This document shows, piece after piece, positions 16,700 to 31,000 of a stretch of 64,000 nucleotides of DNA (position 1 is the stretch's first letter; each line of letters opens with the position of its first letter). Position numbers and translations under genes: made by a program. The stretch is from the human T2T-CHM13v2.0 reference genome, Homo sapiens. The notes under the pieces were generated by a model. The model was not told the origin of the DNA. It made no database searches and saw only the letters and a list, made by a program, of their open reading frames with translations. The stretch lies in assembly GCF_009914755.1 (NCBI RefSeq), contig NC_060928.1; one strand, given 5' to 3'.

Positions 16700-17760
16700 A
16701 AAGGAAAGCAAATAGCAAATGTGCCTTTGTTGTTAGGAGTGAAGATGCAGGTTCAAAATTGTCTGTGCTGAGTAAGGATAAGGTCTTAATATCTGAGAAA
16801 AGGGGTCTGAATCCTGAGGAGGATATACAGAAAGTGGCCTTTTGAATTAGACTATTTGGGCAAATGTGCAGAATGATGGCGACTGACTGGGCAGAACTGG
16901 CGTATGACACCAGGTTGTAGCAATGGAGATGAAATAAAAGGGCCTGATCCCTAAAAGAACTTTAAAGGAAGAAACAACAGGACCCAGTAACAAATGGAAA
17001 GTAAGTGATGAAGGAAGATAATCACAATAATATGTAGTGAATCTGAGTCTTTTGGCCAGGGAACTTGTGACAAATATAGAAGTACCAAAAAAAAAAAAAA
17101 ATAGAGACATTCGAAAGATGGATATGGGATGGAAAAAATGAATTGTTCAGGATGTGCTGAGCTTGAAATATCAAGGTCATATTCAACAGAAAAAGAAATA
17201 TTGTGAAGGGGCCCAGATGTGAGGGTAGGGCAAAAAATGATATTAGTAGAAAAGTCATTTGAGTAAAGAAAGTGGATATGTTAATAGGGAAAACAGAGTG
17301 CTTGGCCCAGGGCAGACCCTGTAAGATTCCCATGAGTAAGGATCAGCAGGTCAAAGATTTACCAGTAAGAAGACAGAGGCCAATGAGACAAAGCAAGAAA
17401 GCCCAGAGTCCAGAGAGCATGAGGGAGTCCTGTTTCAGAAGGGGAGGGTGACTAGCCGGAAGACTTGGAGAAAGTGGAAGATGAAGAAAATCCTTTGAGC
17501 GGGGGAGCACTGTCTGGCTTGGAAGATGGTCCTAGGAGATAGGTGGGGAAATGGCCAGATTTGGGGAGGAAGAATACTGGGGAATGTGAAAGGTCTGTGC
17601 CTAGAGAACAATGCGTCAGGACATGGTGATGGAATGAAGGGATTGGACAGCGCTGAACATTTTAGGAGACAGAAGGAAAAGAAGAGTGAAGTGAGACAGA
17701 AAGACATGGAGGATGTGAAAGAAAATGTGAGGATTTGTATTCAAAATACCAAAAAGCTTT
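16700..17760 (-). mobile_element. Degraded L2 fragment
   Basis: Purine-rich antisense L2 motifs: gtagcaatggagatgaa, gaattgttcaggatgtgctgagcttgaaat, gaaaatcctttga. Confidence 0.55.
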
Positions 17761-17995
17761 CTAATTCCTAGACTTGCCCCCGGCTAGAGTGGGCTATCTG
17801 GGTGAAGAGTTTATACAGATATCCCCATATACACTATTTATTCTACTTAGATAACACTCTAGAGACACTATGTCCTGTTTTCTTGAAAGACTCATACCAA
17901 TGGTGACATTTCAGATCTTCTAAGGAAGTTTATTTTAGCTTCAAAATAACACGGGTGGCACGGGGGAAGTATTTTTAGCCTCAAGGAGCGTTTTA

Positions 17996-18292
<297 letters not shown>

Positions 18293-19410
18293 GAGAGGAC
18301 TTTAGTACTTCTGAAACTCCTCTGTGTAGCTCTTCGTTCAAGCAATCCTAACTCAGAAGTACAAGAAGGATAATATTCTTGTGTGTGCTCTGAAGCTATT
18401 TAGTAGCATCAGAAAGGTGGAGAATAAGTAGCTTATAAAACATTGACAGCTCTTCAAATTGGACTAACAGGAAATCTCCAGGCATTTTATTCATAATTTT
18501 GGAAGAAATGCAATAACAAAGATTTAATGGGTCCCATATTGTGAAACATAATTGATCTAGAATAAGTACTATTCTTATTCCTATAGACAATCATACTCTG
18601 AGATTTTGGTCAAGTATCAGTTGATTGTTAATTATCTACGTGTTTGAAATATATGAAATTTAATAGAGAGGCCATAAGTCACATCCAAGAAGTACTAAGA
18701 GAAAGCACCACTGCAAAATCTTGGTAAATTCGGAAAATAATAACAAATCTCATAATGAAATAAATATTTTATTGGGATTATAAGACCTACCATCCAAAGA
18801 ACCATTAGGAACTTTACAATAACTCATTAATTTATATGGGAAATATGACAGAAAGCAATTTCTGCTTTTACTTCTTTTCTTCTTTACTTCTTTCCCTTAG
18901 TGTGTTTTGCATGCGTGTTTGTGTTTCCTTGAATCGTTGCTTAATCCAAGAAGCTTTCAATTGACATCCCATGTCAGACGGGAATGCCACTGTATCACTT
19001 ATTGATTTCAACAGTGGTAGTTTACTCCTGGAAACTAAAACCGTTAGGTGTTTCTAAAATGTATGCACACACACACACACACACAAACAGAGTTTAAGGG
19101 TTAAGTATTTATCTTCCTCCCTGTATTTTTCAGAAGAAAGAAGAAAAGGAGGATATGCTTCTGTACTAGAGACTACTCTTTATTAGAAAAGCACAGGAAC
19201 AATTCTCAACCTGAATATTTTCAATAAATGCCTTGGTGAAAATTACTGAAGTGGTGCTACAAAATTGCCTTGTCTTATTTTTGAGGACATGTGGAAAGCC
19301 TTTCTACAACTTTTAGATATATGTAATAAAGCTGAACATTCTTCACATCATCCAAACTTATTAGAGAGCTTAAAGTGTAATAGTCAAATCGCTAGCATTG
19401 GTTAGTTTGA

Positions 19411-19729
<319 letters not shown>

Positions 19730-20118
19730 AAGACTTTTTAAAATGCTTCCTTCTTCATGGATCTGGGCTCCTGAGTGAGTGTGCTGAGTGAATCATGCAT
19801 GGTAGCAGACACCTTTCGGAATCCGGCTTCAGTAGACGTGAGGGTAACTCCAGTGCTCAGAAAAGGTCCCTTAGCAGCTGGACTTGCTCAGGGTGACTGG
19901 ATGCTCGTCATAAGATTTCCAGGTTGGGTCTGAGTTATGTCAAGTACTAGTTGGAATTGATTTATTGCTGTCTTGCTCACAAGCCAGGAGCACACTTCTG
20001 AAGTTGCCAAGAGTGTGAAAAAGCAGATATCCAAATTGTGAAGTGAGTGGTTTCCTACATTAACTCGAATTGATTTTGTTCTTCCTAATGCTGATAAGGA
20101 TTATTTTGGAGTGGAATA

Positions 20119-20448
20119 CAGTAGCCCCCTCTTATCCATGGGGATACATTCCAAGACCCTCAGTAATTGTCTGAAGTCCCGGACAGTATTGAACCCTACA
20201 TATACTATGTTTTTTCTTATGCATACATGTCTTTAATAAAGTTTAATTTACAAATTAGGCACAGTAGGAGACTCACAGTATCTAATAAATTGGACGATTA
20301 TAAAAAAACTGTAATAAAATTATGTGAATGTGGTCTCCTTCTCTCCAAGTATACTATAGTGCTGTACTCACCTATTTTCGGCCCATGCTGACTTCTAGTA
20401 ACTGAAACCTCAAAAAGCAAAACTCCAGATAAGGGGTTTCATTTACTG
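20119..20448 (+). mobile_element. MER44A-like (Tigger/TcMar) MITE
   Basis: ta|cagtagccccctcttatcc ... agataagggg...tactg|ta: terminal inverted repeats and TA target duplication. Confidence 0.85.
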
Positions 20449-21541
20449 TAATAAAATGAAAATTCTGTAAACATGTTTAGTTGAAAATATCTTACAGACA
20501 TACATAATTCAGTGGAAGCGATAGTGATATGTTTCAGAAATTCAGATTCAAGATTTCAGAAATTCAGTTTCAAGGTTCAAGGCTCCTCTGACAATTGAAT
20601 GACTTAGTTTTTCAAATATAATCAAGATTCTGCCTTGAATTATATATAATATATATTATTATTATTTCCATATATAATTTATGGAAAAGTTATAAAATTA
20701 ATATAAACATTTGAAATACTGTCTTTTGGCTCACTTTGAAAAGATTTCCAGTTTGCTTCTAAATGAATAACAAATTTGAAAGGCCAAGTGATTTAAGGCA
20801 GGTACATCACTACTTAGCAATACGATTTGTTCAAGCAGGTGAAAAGTATGCAAGAATCAAAATGCTCTTTGCAAAAGGAGCTTCAATTTTCATCAGGAAA
20901 ACCCAGTTTGTGTCAGAGGGTGAAACTTGCTTGACTAGATCTGTTCACTGAAGCCATTGAACAACTTCCGATGTTCTTGCTCTCTCCCATTTACGATGCT
21001 GAACTTTACAGAGACAGACTGTTTGAAGCCTTCCTAATTATTCCCATTCTTAGCCAAGAAGGATTACTAAAGCTCAGCCTCTATTGTAATTCTTAAACTT
21101 CTCAGTGCAAATTATTAATATATGGCAATCTAAAATGCCTTTCTCTGGCTTTATGACCTGATTATTATTTCGAGTCTCTCTAGCAGTGAACTTGAGGATC
21201 ATGCAAACATGTTCTATGGGAACATCACTGTGTAGCTGAATAATTTGTTTTTTAGTAAGCTAGCTCAAATTTATCATCAGTCATGAAAATGTTTTATCAA
21301 TGCTCTTCCATAAAGCAGACATATTATTTTACTAGTTTCAGTTTAGCCCTGACAGAAACCTGATCGGGAATACTATTATTAAGCCACAAATACCTGTTTT
21401 AAAATATGTTGTCTTATGCTATTTCATTGTATTATATTAATAATTCATGTAATATTTCCTTTGGTTTTATTGTCTTCTGTGTTATAATTAAAACTGAAAT
21501 AATTTGGGAAATGTAATGTATATAGCACACATCTAAAGTTC

Positions 21542-21658
21542 AGAGTGAGAATAAAACTACAACTATTTTATCTATTGCAATAGCTCAAATAGTAGAGTTT
21601 AACTATAATACTTGGTATACATATCAAACAAGGTATCTATACATACATTATTTTAATT
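21542..21658 (+). repeat. Copy 1 of a ~110-bp direct repeat bracketing the VNTR (copy 2 at 35349-35457)
   Basis: tattgcaaYagctcaaatagtaga.tttaactataata...tatacata...tattttaatt is shared. Confidence 0.8.
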
Positions 21659-21825
21659 TTACTCCTCCCTCATTTTCTCTCCACGTCCCATCACATAAAT
21701 ATGCACAAATTTAACTGGCCAGAGGTGACCTACATTCTCTACATGCAGTGTCCATGATGAAGATAGCAACTGTATTTGCTAAGGTTTTCACAGTTCATAA
21801 CAGTGAAATAAAATGTAGCTATGGA

Positions 21826-22033
21826 CATTCATTGATTAATCTAATATTTATTGAAGGTGTATTTGTTAGATTCCGTGATACAATGATGAACAAGTCATTG
21901 TGTAATCATGAAGAGCTTCTAGCCAAGTGGGTAAAAAGATAAGGAAATCATCCCAATTAGTGAGATAAACTACAAGATAGGGAATCATTCCGTGTGTTAC
22001 CAGCACATTCTACCCACGCTGTATTTTTCAGGG
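21826..22033 (-). mobile_element. L2 3' end (left flank of VNTR)
   Basis: cattcattgattaatctaatatttattga...gatacaatgatgaacaag...catgaagagcttctagccaagtggg resembles the antisense L2 3' terminus. Confidence 0.65.
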
Positions 22034-25000
22034 AAAGGTGGTGTACATTACCTGATGTCTAAATAGGAGGTAATAGCATAAGGTGCTGGGAGACAAAGGA
22101 GTTGTAGATTACCTGATATCCAAATAGGAGGAAATAGCATAAGGTCATGGAAGAGAGAGGGGTGTAGATTACCTGATGTCCAAATAGGAGGTAATAGCGT
22201 AAGGTCCTGGGAGACAAAGGTGTTGTAGATTACCTGATGTCCAAATAGGAGGAAATAGCATAAGGTGCTGGAAGAGAGAGGGCTTTAGATTACCCGATGT
22301 CCAGATAGGAGGTAGTAGCATAAGGTCCTGGAAGAGAGAGGGTTGTAGATTACATGATGTCCAAATAGGAGGTAACAGCGTAAGTCCTGGAAGACAAAGG
22401 TGTTGTAGATTACCTGATGTCCAAATAGGACGAAATAGCATAAGGTCATGGAAGAGAGAGCGTTGTAGATTACCTGATGTCCAAATAGGAGGTAATAGCA
22501 TAAGGTCCTGGAAGACAAAGGTGTTGTAGATTACCTGATGTCCAGATAGGAGGTAATAGCATAAGGTCCTCGAACACAAAGGTGTTGTAGATTACCTGAT
22601 GTCCAAATAGGAGGTAATAGCATAAGGTCCTGGAAGACAAAGGTGTTGTAAATTACCCGATGTCCAAATAGGAGGTAATAGTATAAGGTCTTGGAAGACA
22701 AAGGTGTTGTAGATTGCCTGATGTCCAAAGAGGAGGGAATAGCATAAAGTCCTGGAAGACAAAGGTGTTATTATATTACCTGATGTCCAAATAGGAGGTA
22801 ATAGCATAAGGTCCTAGAAGACAAAGGTATTGTAGATTACCTGATGTCCAAATAGGAGGTAATAGCATAAGGTCCTGGAAGACAAAGGTGTTGTAGATAA
22901 CCTGATGTCCAAATAGGAGGTAATAGCATAAGGTCCTGGAAGAGAGGGCTGTAGATTACCTGATATGCAAATAGGAGGTAATAGCATAAGATCCTGGAAG
23001 AGAGGGTTATAGATTATGTGATGTCCAAATAGGAGGTAACAGCATAAGGTGCTGGTAGAGAGAGGGCTGTAGATTACCTGATGTCCAAATAGGAAGTAAT
23101 AGCCTATGGTCCTGGAAGAGAGAGGGTTATAGATAACCCCATCTCCAATAGGAGGTAATAGCGTAAGGTCCTGCAAGAGAGAGGGTCGTAGAATATCTGA
23201 TGTCCAAGTAGGAGGTAGTCGCATAAGGTCCTGGAAGATAGACGGTTGTAGATGACCTGATGTGCAAATGGGAGGTAATAGCATAAGGTCCTGGAAGACA
23301 AAGGTGTTGTAGATTACCTGAAGTCCAAATAGGAGGTAACAGCATAAGGTCCTCGAAGACAAAGGTGTTGTAAATTGCCTGGTGTCCAAATAGGAGGAAA
23401 TAGCATAAGGTCCTGGAAGACAAAGGTGTTGTAGATTACCTGAAGTCCAAATAGGAGGTAACAGCATAAGGTCCTCGAAGACAAAGGTGTTGTAGATTGC
23501 CTGGTGTCCAAATAGGAGGAAATAGCATAAGGTCCTGGAAGACAAAGGTGTTGTAGATTACCTGATGTCCAAATAGGAGGTAATAGCATAAGGTCCTGGA
23601 AGACAAAGGTGTTGTAGATTACCTGATATCCAAATAGGAGGTAATAGCATAAGGTCCTGGAAGACAAAGGTGTCGTAGATTACCTGATGTCCAAATAGGA
23701 GGTAATAGCATAAGGTCCTGGAAGACAAAGGTGTTGTAGATTACCTGATGTCCAAATAGGAGGTAATATCATAAGGTGCTGGAAGAGAGAGGGCTTTAGA
23801 TTACCCGATGTCAAATAGGAGGTAATAGCGTAAGGTCCTGTAAGAGAGAGGGTTGTAGATGACATGATGTCCAAAGAGGAGGTAATAGCATGAAGACCTG
23901 GAACAACAAAGGTGTTGTAGATTGCCTGATGTCCAAATAGGAGGAAATAGCATAAGGTCATGGAAGAGAGAGTGTTGTAGATTACCTGATGTCCATATAG
24001 GAGGTAATACCGTAAGGTCCTGGAAGATACAGGTGTTGTAGATTACCTGATGTCCAAATAGGAGGTAATAGCATAAGGTCCTGGAAGACGATGGTGTGTA
24101 GATTACCTGATGTCCAAATAGGAGGTAAGAGCATAAGGTCCTCGAAGACAAAGGTGTTGTAGATTACCCGATGTCCAAATAGGAGGTAATAGCATAAGGT
24201 CCTGGAAGACAAAGGTGTTTTCGATTACCTGATGTCCAAATAGGAGGTAATAGAATAAGGTCCTGGAAGAGAGGGCTGTAGATTACTTGATGTCCAAATA
24301 GGAGGTAATAGCATAAGGTCCTGGAAGAGAGAGGGTTGTAGATTACATGATGTCCAAATAGGAGGTAATAGTATAAGGTCCTGGAAGACAAATGTGTTGT
24401 AGATAACCTGCTGTCCAAATAGGAGGAAATAGCATAAGGTCATAGAAGACAAAGGTGTTGTGATTTACCTGATGCCCAAATAGGAGGTAATAGCATAAGG
24501 TCCTGGAAGACAAAGGTGTTGTAGATTACCTGATGTCTAAATAGGAGATAATAGCATAAGGTCCTCAAAGACAAAGGTGTTGTAGATTACCTGATGTCCA
24601 ATTAGGAGGTAATAGCATAAGGTCCTGGAAGAAAAAGGTGTTGTTAGATTACCTGATGTCCAAATAGGAGGTAATAGCATAAGGTCCTCGAAGACAAAGG
24701 TGTTGTAGCTTATGTGATGTCCAAATAGGAGGTAATAGCATAAGGTCCTGGGAGACAAAGGTGTTGTAGATTACCTGATGTCCAACTAGGAGGAAATGGC
24801 CTAAGGGCATGAAAGAGAGAGGGCACTAGATTACCTGATGTCCAAATAGGAGGTAATAGCATAAGTTTCTGGAAGACAAAGGTGTTGTAGATTACCTGAG
24901 GTCCAAATAGGAGTTAATAGCCTAAGGTCCGGGAAGAGAGGGCAGTAGATTACCTGATGTTCAAACAGGAGGTAATAGCATAAGGTCCTGGAAGACAGAG

Positions 25001-28000
25001 GGTTGTAGATTACATGATTTGTAAATAGGGGGTAATAGCATAACGTCCTGGAAGACAAAGGTGTTGTGGATTACCTGATGTCCAAATAGGACGAAATAGC
25101 ATAAGGTCCTGGAAGAAAGAGGGTAGCAAATTACCGGATGTCCAAATAGGAGGTAATAGAATAAGGTCCTGGAAGAGAAAGGTCTTGTAGACTACCTGAT
25201 GTCCAAATAGGATGTAATCGCATAAGGTTCTGGAACAGAGAGGGTTGCATATTACCTGATGTCCAAATAGCAGGTAAGAGCATAAGGTCCGGGAAGAGAG
25301 AGGGTTGTAGATTACCTGATGTCCAAGTAGGTGGTAATTGCATAAGGTCCTGGAAGAGAGAGGGTTGTAGATGACCTGATGTCCAAATGGGAGGTAATAG
25401 CATAAGATCCTGGAAGACAAAGGTGTTGTAGATTACCTGAAGTCCAAACAGGAGGTAATGGCATAAGGTCCTCGAGAACAAAGGTGTTGTAGATTACCTG
25501 ATGTCCAAATAGGAAATAGCATAAGGTCCTGGAAGACAAAGGTGTTGTAGATTACCTGATGTCCAAATAGAAGGTAATAGCATAAGGCCCCGGAAGACAG
25601 AGGTGTTGTAGATTAGCTGATGTCCAAATAGCAGGTAATAGCATAAGGTCCTGGAATACAAAGGTGTTGTAGTTTACCTGATGTCCAAATAAGAGGTAAT
25701 AGCATAAGGTCCTGCAAGAGAGAGGGTTGTAGATTACCTGATGTCCAAATAGGAGGTAATAGCATAAGGTCCTGAGAGACAAAGGTGTTGTACATTACCT
25801 GATGTCCAAATAGGAGGAAATAGCATAAGGTCATGGAAGAGAGAGAGCAGTAGATTACCTGATGTCCAAACAGGAGTTAATAGCATAAAGTCCTGGGGGA
25901 GAGAGGGTTGTAGATTACTTGATATCCAATAGGAGGTAATAGCATAAGGTCCTGCAAGAGAGAGGGTTGTAGGTTATCTGATGTCGAAATAGGAGGCAGT
26001 AGCATAAGGTCCTGGGAGACAAAGGTGTTGTAGATTACGTGATGTCCAAATAGGAGGAAATAGCTTAAGGTCTTCGAAGAGAGAGGGCAGTAGATTACCT
26101 GATGTCCAAATAGGATTTAATAGCATACGATCATGGAAGAGAGAGGGCTGTAGATGACATGATGTCCAAATAGGAGGTAATATCATAAGGTGCTGGAAGA
26201 GAGAGGGCATTACATTACCTGATGTCCAAGTAGGAGGTAATAGCATAAGGTCCTGGAAGAGAGAGGGTTGTAGATTACATGATGTTCAAATAGGAGGAAA
26301 TAGCATAAAGTCATGGAAGAGAGAGGGTTGTAGATTACCTGATTTCCAAATAGGAGGTAATACCGTAAGGTCCTGGAAGACACAGGTGTTGGAGATTACC
26401 TGATGTCCAAATAGGAGGAAATAGCATAAGGTCCTGGAAGACAAAGGTGTTGTAGATTACCTGATGTCCAAATAGAAGGTAATAGCATAAGGCCCTGGAA
26501 GACAAAGGTGTTATAGATTACCTGATGACTAAATAGGAGATAATAGCATAAAGTTCTTGAAGAAAAAGATGTTCTGGATTACCTGATGTCCAAATAGGAG
26601 GTAATAGCATAAAGTCCTGGAAGACAAAGGTGTTGTTAGATTACCTGATGTTCAAATAGGAGATAATAGCATAAGGTCCTCAAAGACAAAGGTGTTGTAG
26701 ATTACCTGATATCCAAATAGGAGGTGATAGCATAAGGTCCTGTGATACAGGGTTTTGTAGATTACCTGATGTCCAAATAGGAGGAAATGGCATAAGATCA
26801 TGAAAGAGAGAGGGCAGTAGATTACCTGATGTCCAAAGAGGAGGTAATAACATACGGTCCTGGAAGACAAAGTTGTTGTAGATTACCTGAGTTCCAAATA
26901 GGAGTTAATAGCATAAGGTCCTGGAAGAGAGGGCAGTAGATTACATGATGTCCAAATAGGAGGTAATAGCATAAGGTCCTTGGAAGAGAGAGGGTTGTAG
27001 ATTACATGATGTCTAAATAGGGGGTAATAGCATAACATCCTGGAAGACAAAGGTGTTGCAGATTACCTGATGTCCAAATAGGAGGAAATAGCATAAGGTC
27101 CTGGAAGAAAGAGGGTAGGAGATTACCGAATGTCCAAATAGGAAGTAATAGCATAAGGTCCTGGAAGAGAAAGGTCTTGTAGACTACCTGATGTCCAAAT
27201 AGGAGGTAATCGCATAAGGTTCTGGAACAGAGAGGGTTGTATACTACCTGATGTCCAAATAGGAAGTAAGAGCATAAGGTCCGGGAAGAGAGAGGGTTGT
27301 AGATTACCCGATGTCCAAGTAGGCGGTGATCACATAAGGTCCTGGAAGAGAAAGGCTTGCAGATGACCTGATGTCCAAATGGGAGGTAATAGCATAAGGT
27401 CCTCGAAAACAAAGGTGTTGGAGATTACCTGATGTCCAAATAGGAGGAAATAGCATAAGGTCCTGGAAGACAAAGGTGTTGTACATTACCTGATGTCCAA
27501 ATAGAAGGTAATAGCATAAGGTCCTGGAAGACAAAGGTGTTGTAGATTACCTGATGTCCAAATAGAAGGTAATAGCATAAGGTCCTGGAAGACAAAGGTG
27601 TTGTAGATTACCTGATGTCTAAATAGGAGGTAATAGCATAAGGTCCTGGGAGACAAAGGTGTTGTAGATTACCTGATGTCCAAATAGGAGGAAATAGCAT
27701 AAGGTCATGGAAGAGAGAGGGCAGTAGATTACCTGATGTCCAAATAGTAGGTAATATCATAAGGTGCTGGAAGAGAGAGGGCTTTAGATTACCCGATGTC
27801 CAAATAGGAGGTAGTAGCATAAGGTCCTGGAAGAGAGAGGGTTGTAGATTACATGATTTCGAAATAGGGGGTAATAACATAACATCCCGGAAGACAAAGG
27901 TTTTGCAGATTACATGATGTCCAAATAGGAGGAAATAGCGTAAGGTCCTGGAAGAAAGAGGGTAGTAGAATACCGGATGTCCAAATGGGAGGTAATACCA

Positions 28001-31000
28001 TAAGTTCCTGGAAGACAAAGTTCTTGCAGACTACCTGATGTCCAAATAGGATGTAATCGCATAAGGTTCTGGAACAGAGAGGGTTGTGTATTACCTCATG
28101 TCCAAATAAGAGGTAAGAGCATAAGGTCCGTGAAGAGAGAGGGTTGTAGATTACCTGATGTCCACGTAGGCGGTAATCCCATAAGGTCCTGGAAGAGAGA
28201 GGGTTGTAGATGACCTGATGTCCAAATGGGAAGAAATAGCATAAGGTCGTGGAAGACAAAGGTGTTGCGGATTACCTGATGTCCAAATAGGAGGTAATAG
28301 CATAAGATCCTGGAATACAAAGGTGTTGTAGATTACCTGATGTCTAAATCGGAAGTAATAGCATAAGGTCCTGGGAGACAAAGGTGTTGTGGATTACCTG
28401 ATGTCCAAATAGGAGGAAATGGCATAATGTCATGGAAGAGAGAGGGCAGTAGATTACCTGATGTCCAAACAGGAGCTAATAGCGTATGGTCCTGGGAGAG
28501 AGAGGGTTGTAGAGTACCCGATGTCCAGATAGGAGGTAATAGCATAAAGTCCTGAAAGAGAGAGCGTTGTACATTATCTGATATCCAAATAGGAGGTAAT
28601 AGCATAAGGTCCTGGTAGACAAAGGCGTTGTAGATTAACTGATGTCCAAATAGGAGGAAATAGCATAAGATCATGGAAGAGAGAGGGCAGTAGATTACCT
28701 GATGTCGAAATAGCAGGTAAGAGCATACTGTCCTGGAAGAGAGGGCTGTAGATTACCTGATGTCCAAATAGGAGGTAATAGCATAAGTTCATGGAAGAGA
28801 GAGGGCTGTAGATTACCTGATGTCCAAATAGTAGGTAATATCGTAATGTGCTGGAAGAGAGAGGGCTTTAGATTACCTGATGTCCAAATAGGAGGAAATA
28901 GCATAAGGTCCTGGAGGACAAAGGTGTTGTAGATTACATGATGTCCAAATAGGACGTAATAGCATAAGGTCCTGGAAGACAAAGGTGTTGTAGATTACCT
29001 GATGTCCAAATAGGAGGTAATAGAATACGGTCCTGGAAGAGAGGGCTGTAAATTACCTGATGTCAAAATAGGAGGTAATAGAATAAGGTCCTGGAGGAGA
29101 GGGCTGTAGATTACCTGATGTCCAAATAGGAGGTAATATCATAAGGTGCTGGAAGAGAGAGGGCTTAAGATAACCTGATGTCCAAGTAGGAGGTAATAGC
29201 ATAAGGTCCTGGAAGAGAGAGGGTTGTAGATTACATGATGTTCTAATAGAAGGTAACAGCATAAGGTCCTGGAAGGCAAAGGTATTGTAGATTACCTGAT
29301 GTCCAAATAGGAGGAAATAGCATAAAGTCATGGAAGAGAGAGGGTTGTAGATTACCTGATGTCCAAATAGGAGATAATAGCATAAAGTCCTTGAACACAA
29401 AGGTGTTGTAGATTACCTGATGTCCAAATAGGAGGTAATAGCATAAAGTCCTGGAAGACAAAGGTGTTGTAGATTACCTGATGTCCAAATAGGAGGCAAC
29501 AGCATAAGGTCCTCAAAGACAAACTTGTTGTAGATTACCTGATGTCCAAATAGGAGGGAATAGCATAAGATCCTGGAAGATAAAGGTTTTGTTAGATTAC
29601 CTGATATCCAAATAGGAGATAATAGCATAAGGTCCTCGAAGACAAAGGTGTTGTAGATTACCTGATGTCCAAATAGGAGGTAATAGCATAAGGTCCTGGA
29701 AGACAAAGGTGTTGTAGATTACCTGAGTTCCAAATAGGAGTTAATAGCATAAGGTCCTGGAAGAGAGGGCAGTAGATTACCTGATGTCCAAATAGGAGGT
29801 AATATCATAAGGTGCTGGAAGAGAGAGGGCTTAAGATAACCTGATGTCCAAGTAGGAGGTAATAGCATAAGGTCCTGGAAGAGAGAGGGTTGTAGATTAC
29901 ATGATGTTCTAATAGAAGGTAACAGGATAAGGTCCTGGAAGGCAAAGGTATTGTAGATTACCTGATGTCCAAATAGGAGGAAATAGCATAAAGTCATGGA
30001 AGAGAGAGGGTTGTAGATTACCTGATGTCCAAATAGGAGATAATAGCATAAAGTCCTTGAACACAAAGGTGTTGTAGATTACCTGATGTCCAAATAGGAG
30101 GTAATAGCATAAGGTCCTCAAAGACAAACTTGTTGTAGATTACCTGATGTCCAAATAGGAGGGAATAGCATAAGATCCTGGAAGATAAAGGTTTTGTTAG
30201 ATTACCTGATATCCAAATAGGAGATAATAGCATAAGGTCCTCGAAGACAAAGGTGTTGTAGATTACCTGATGTCCAAATAGGAGGTAATAGCATAAGGTC
30301 CTGGAAGACAAAGGTGTTGTAGATTACCTGAGTTCCAAATAGGAGTTAATAGCATAAGGTCCTGGAAGAGAGGGCAGTAGATTACCTGATGTCCAAATAG
30401 GAGGTAATAGCATAAGGTCCTTGGAAGAGAGAGGGTTGTAGATTACATGATTTCTAAATAGGGGGTAATAGCATAATATCCTGGAAGACAAAGTTGTTGC
30501 AGATTACCTGATGTCCAAATAGGAGGAAATAGCATAAGGTCCTGGAAGAAAGAGGGTAGTAGATTACCGGATGTCCAAATAGGAAGTAATAGCATAAGGT
30601 CCTGGAAGACAAAGGTCTTGTAGACTACCTGATGTCCAAATAGGAGGTAATCACATAAGGTTCTGGAACAGAGAGGGTTGTATACTACCTGATGTCCAAA
30701 TAGGAAGTAAGAGCATAAGGTCCGGGAAGAGAGAGGGTTGTAGATTATCCGGTGTCCAAGTAGGCGGTAATCGCATAAGGTCCTGGAAGAGAGAGGGTTG
30801 CAGATGACCTGATGTCCAAATAGGAAGTAAGAGCATAAGGTCCGGGAAGAGAGAGGGTTGTAGATTATCCGGTGTCCAAGTAGGCGGTAATCGCATAAGG
30901 TCCTGGAAGACAGAGGGTTGCAGATGACCTGATGTCCAAATGGGAGGTAATAGCATAAGGTCCTGGAAGACAAAGGTGTTGTAGATTACCTGAAGTCCAA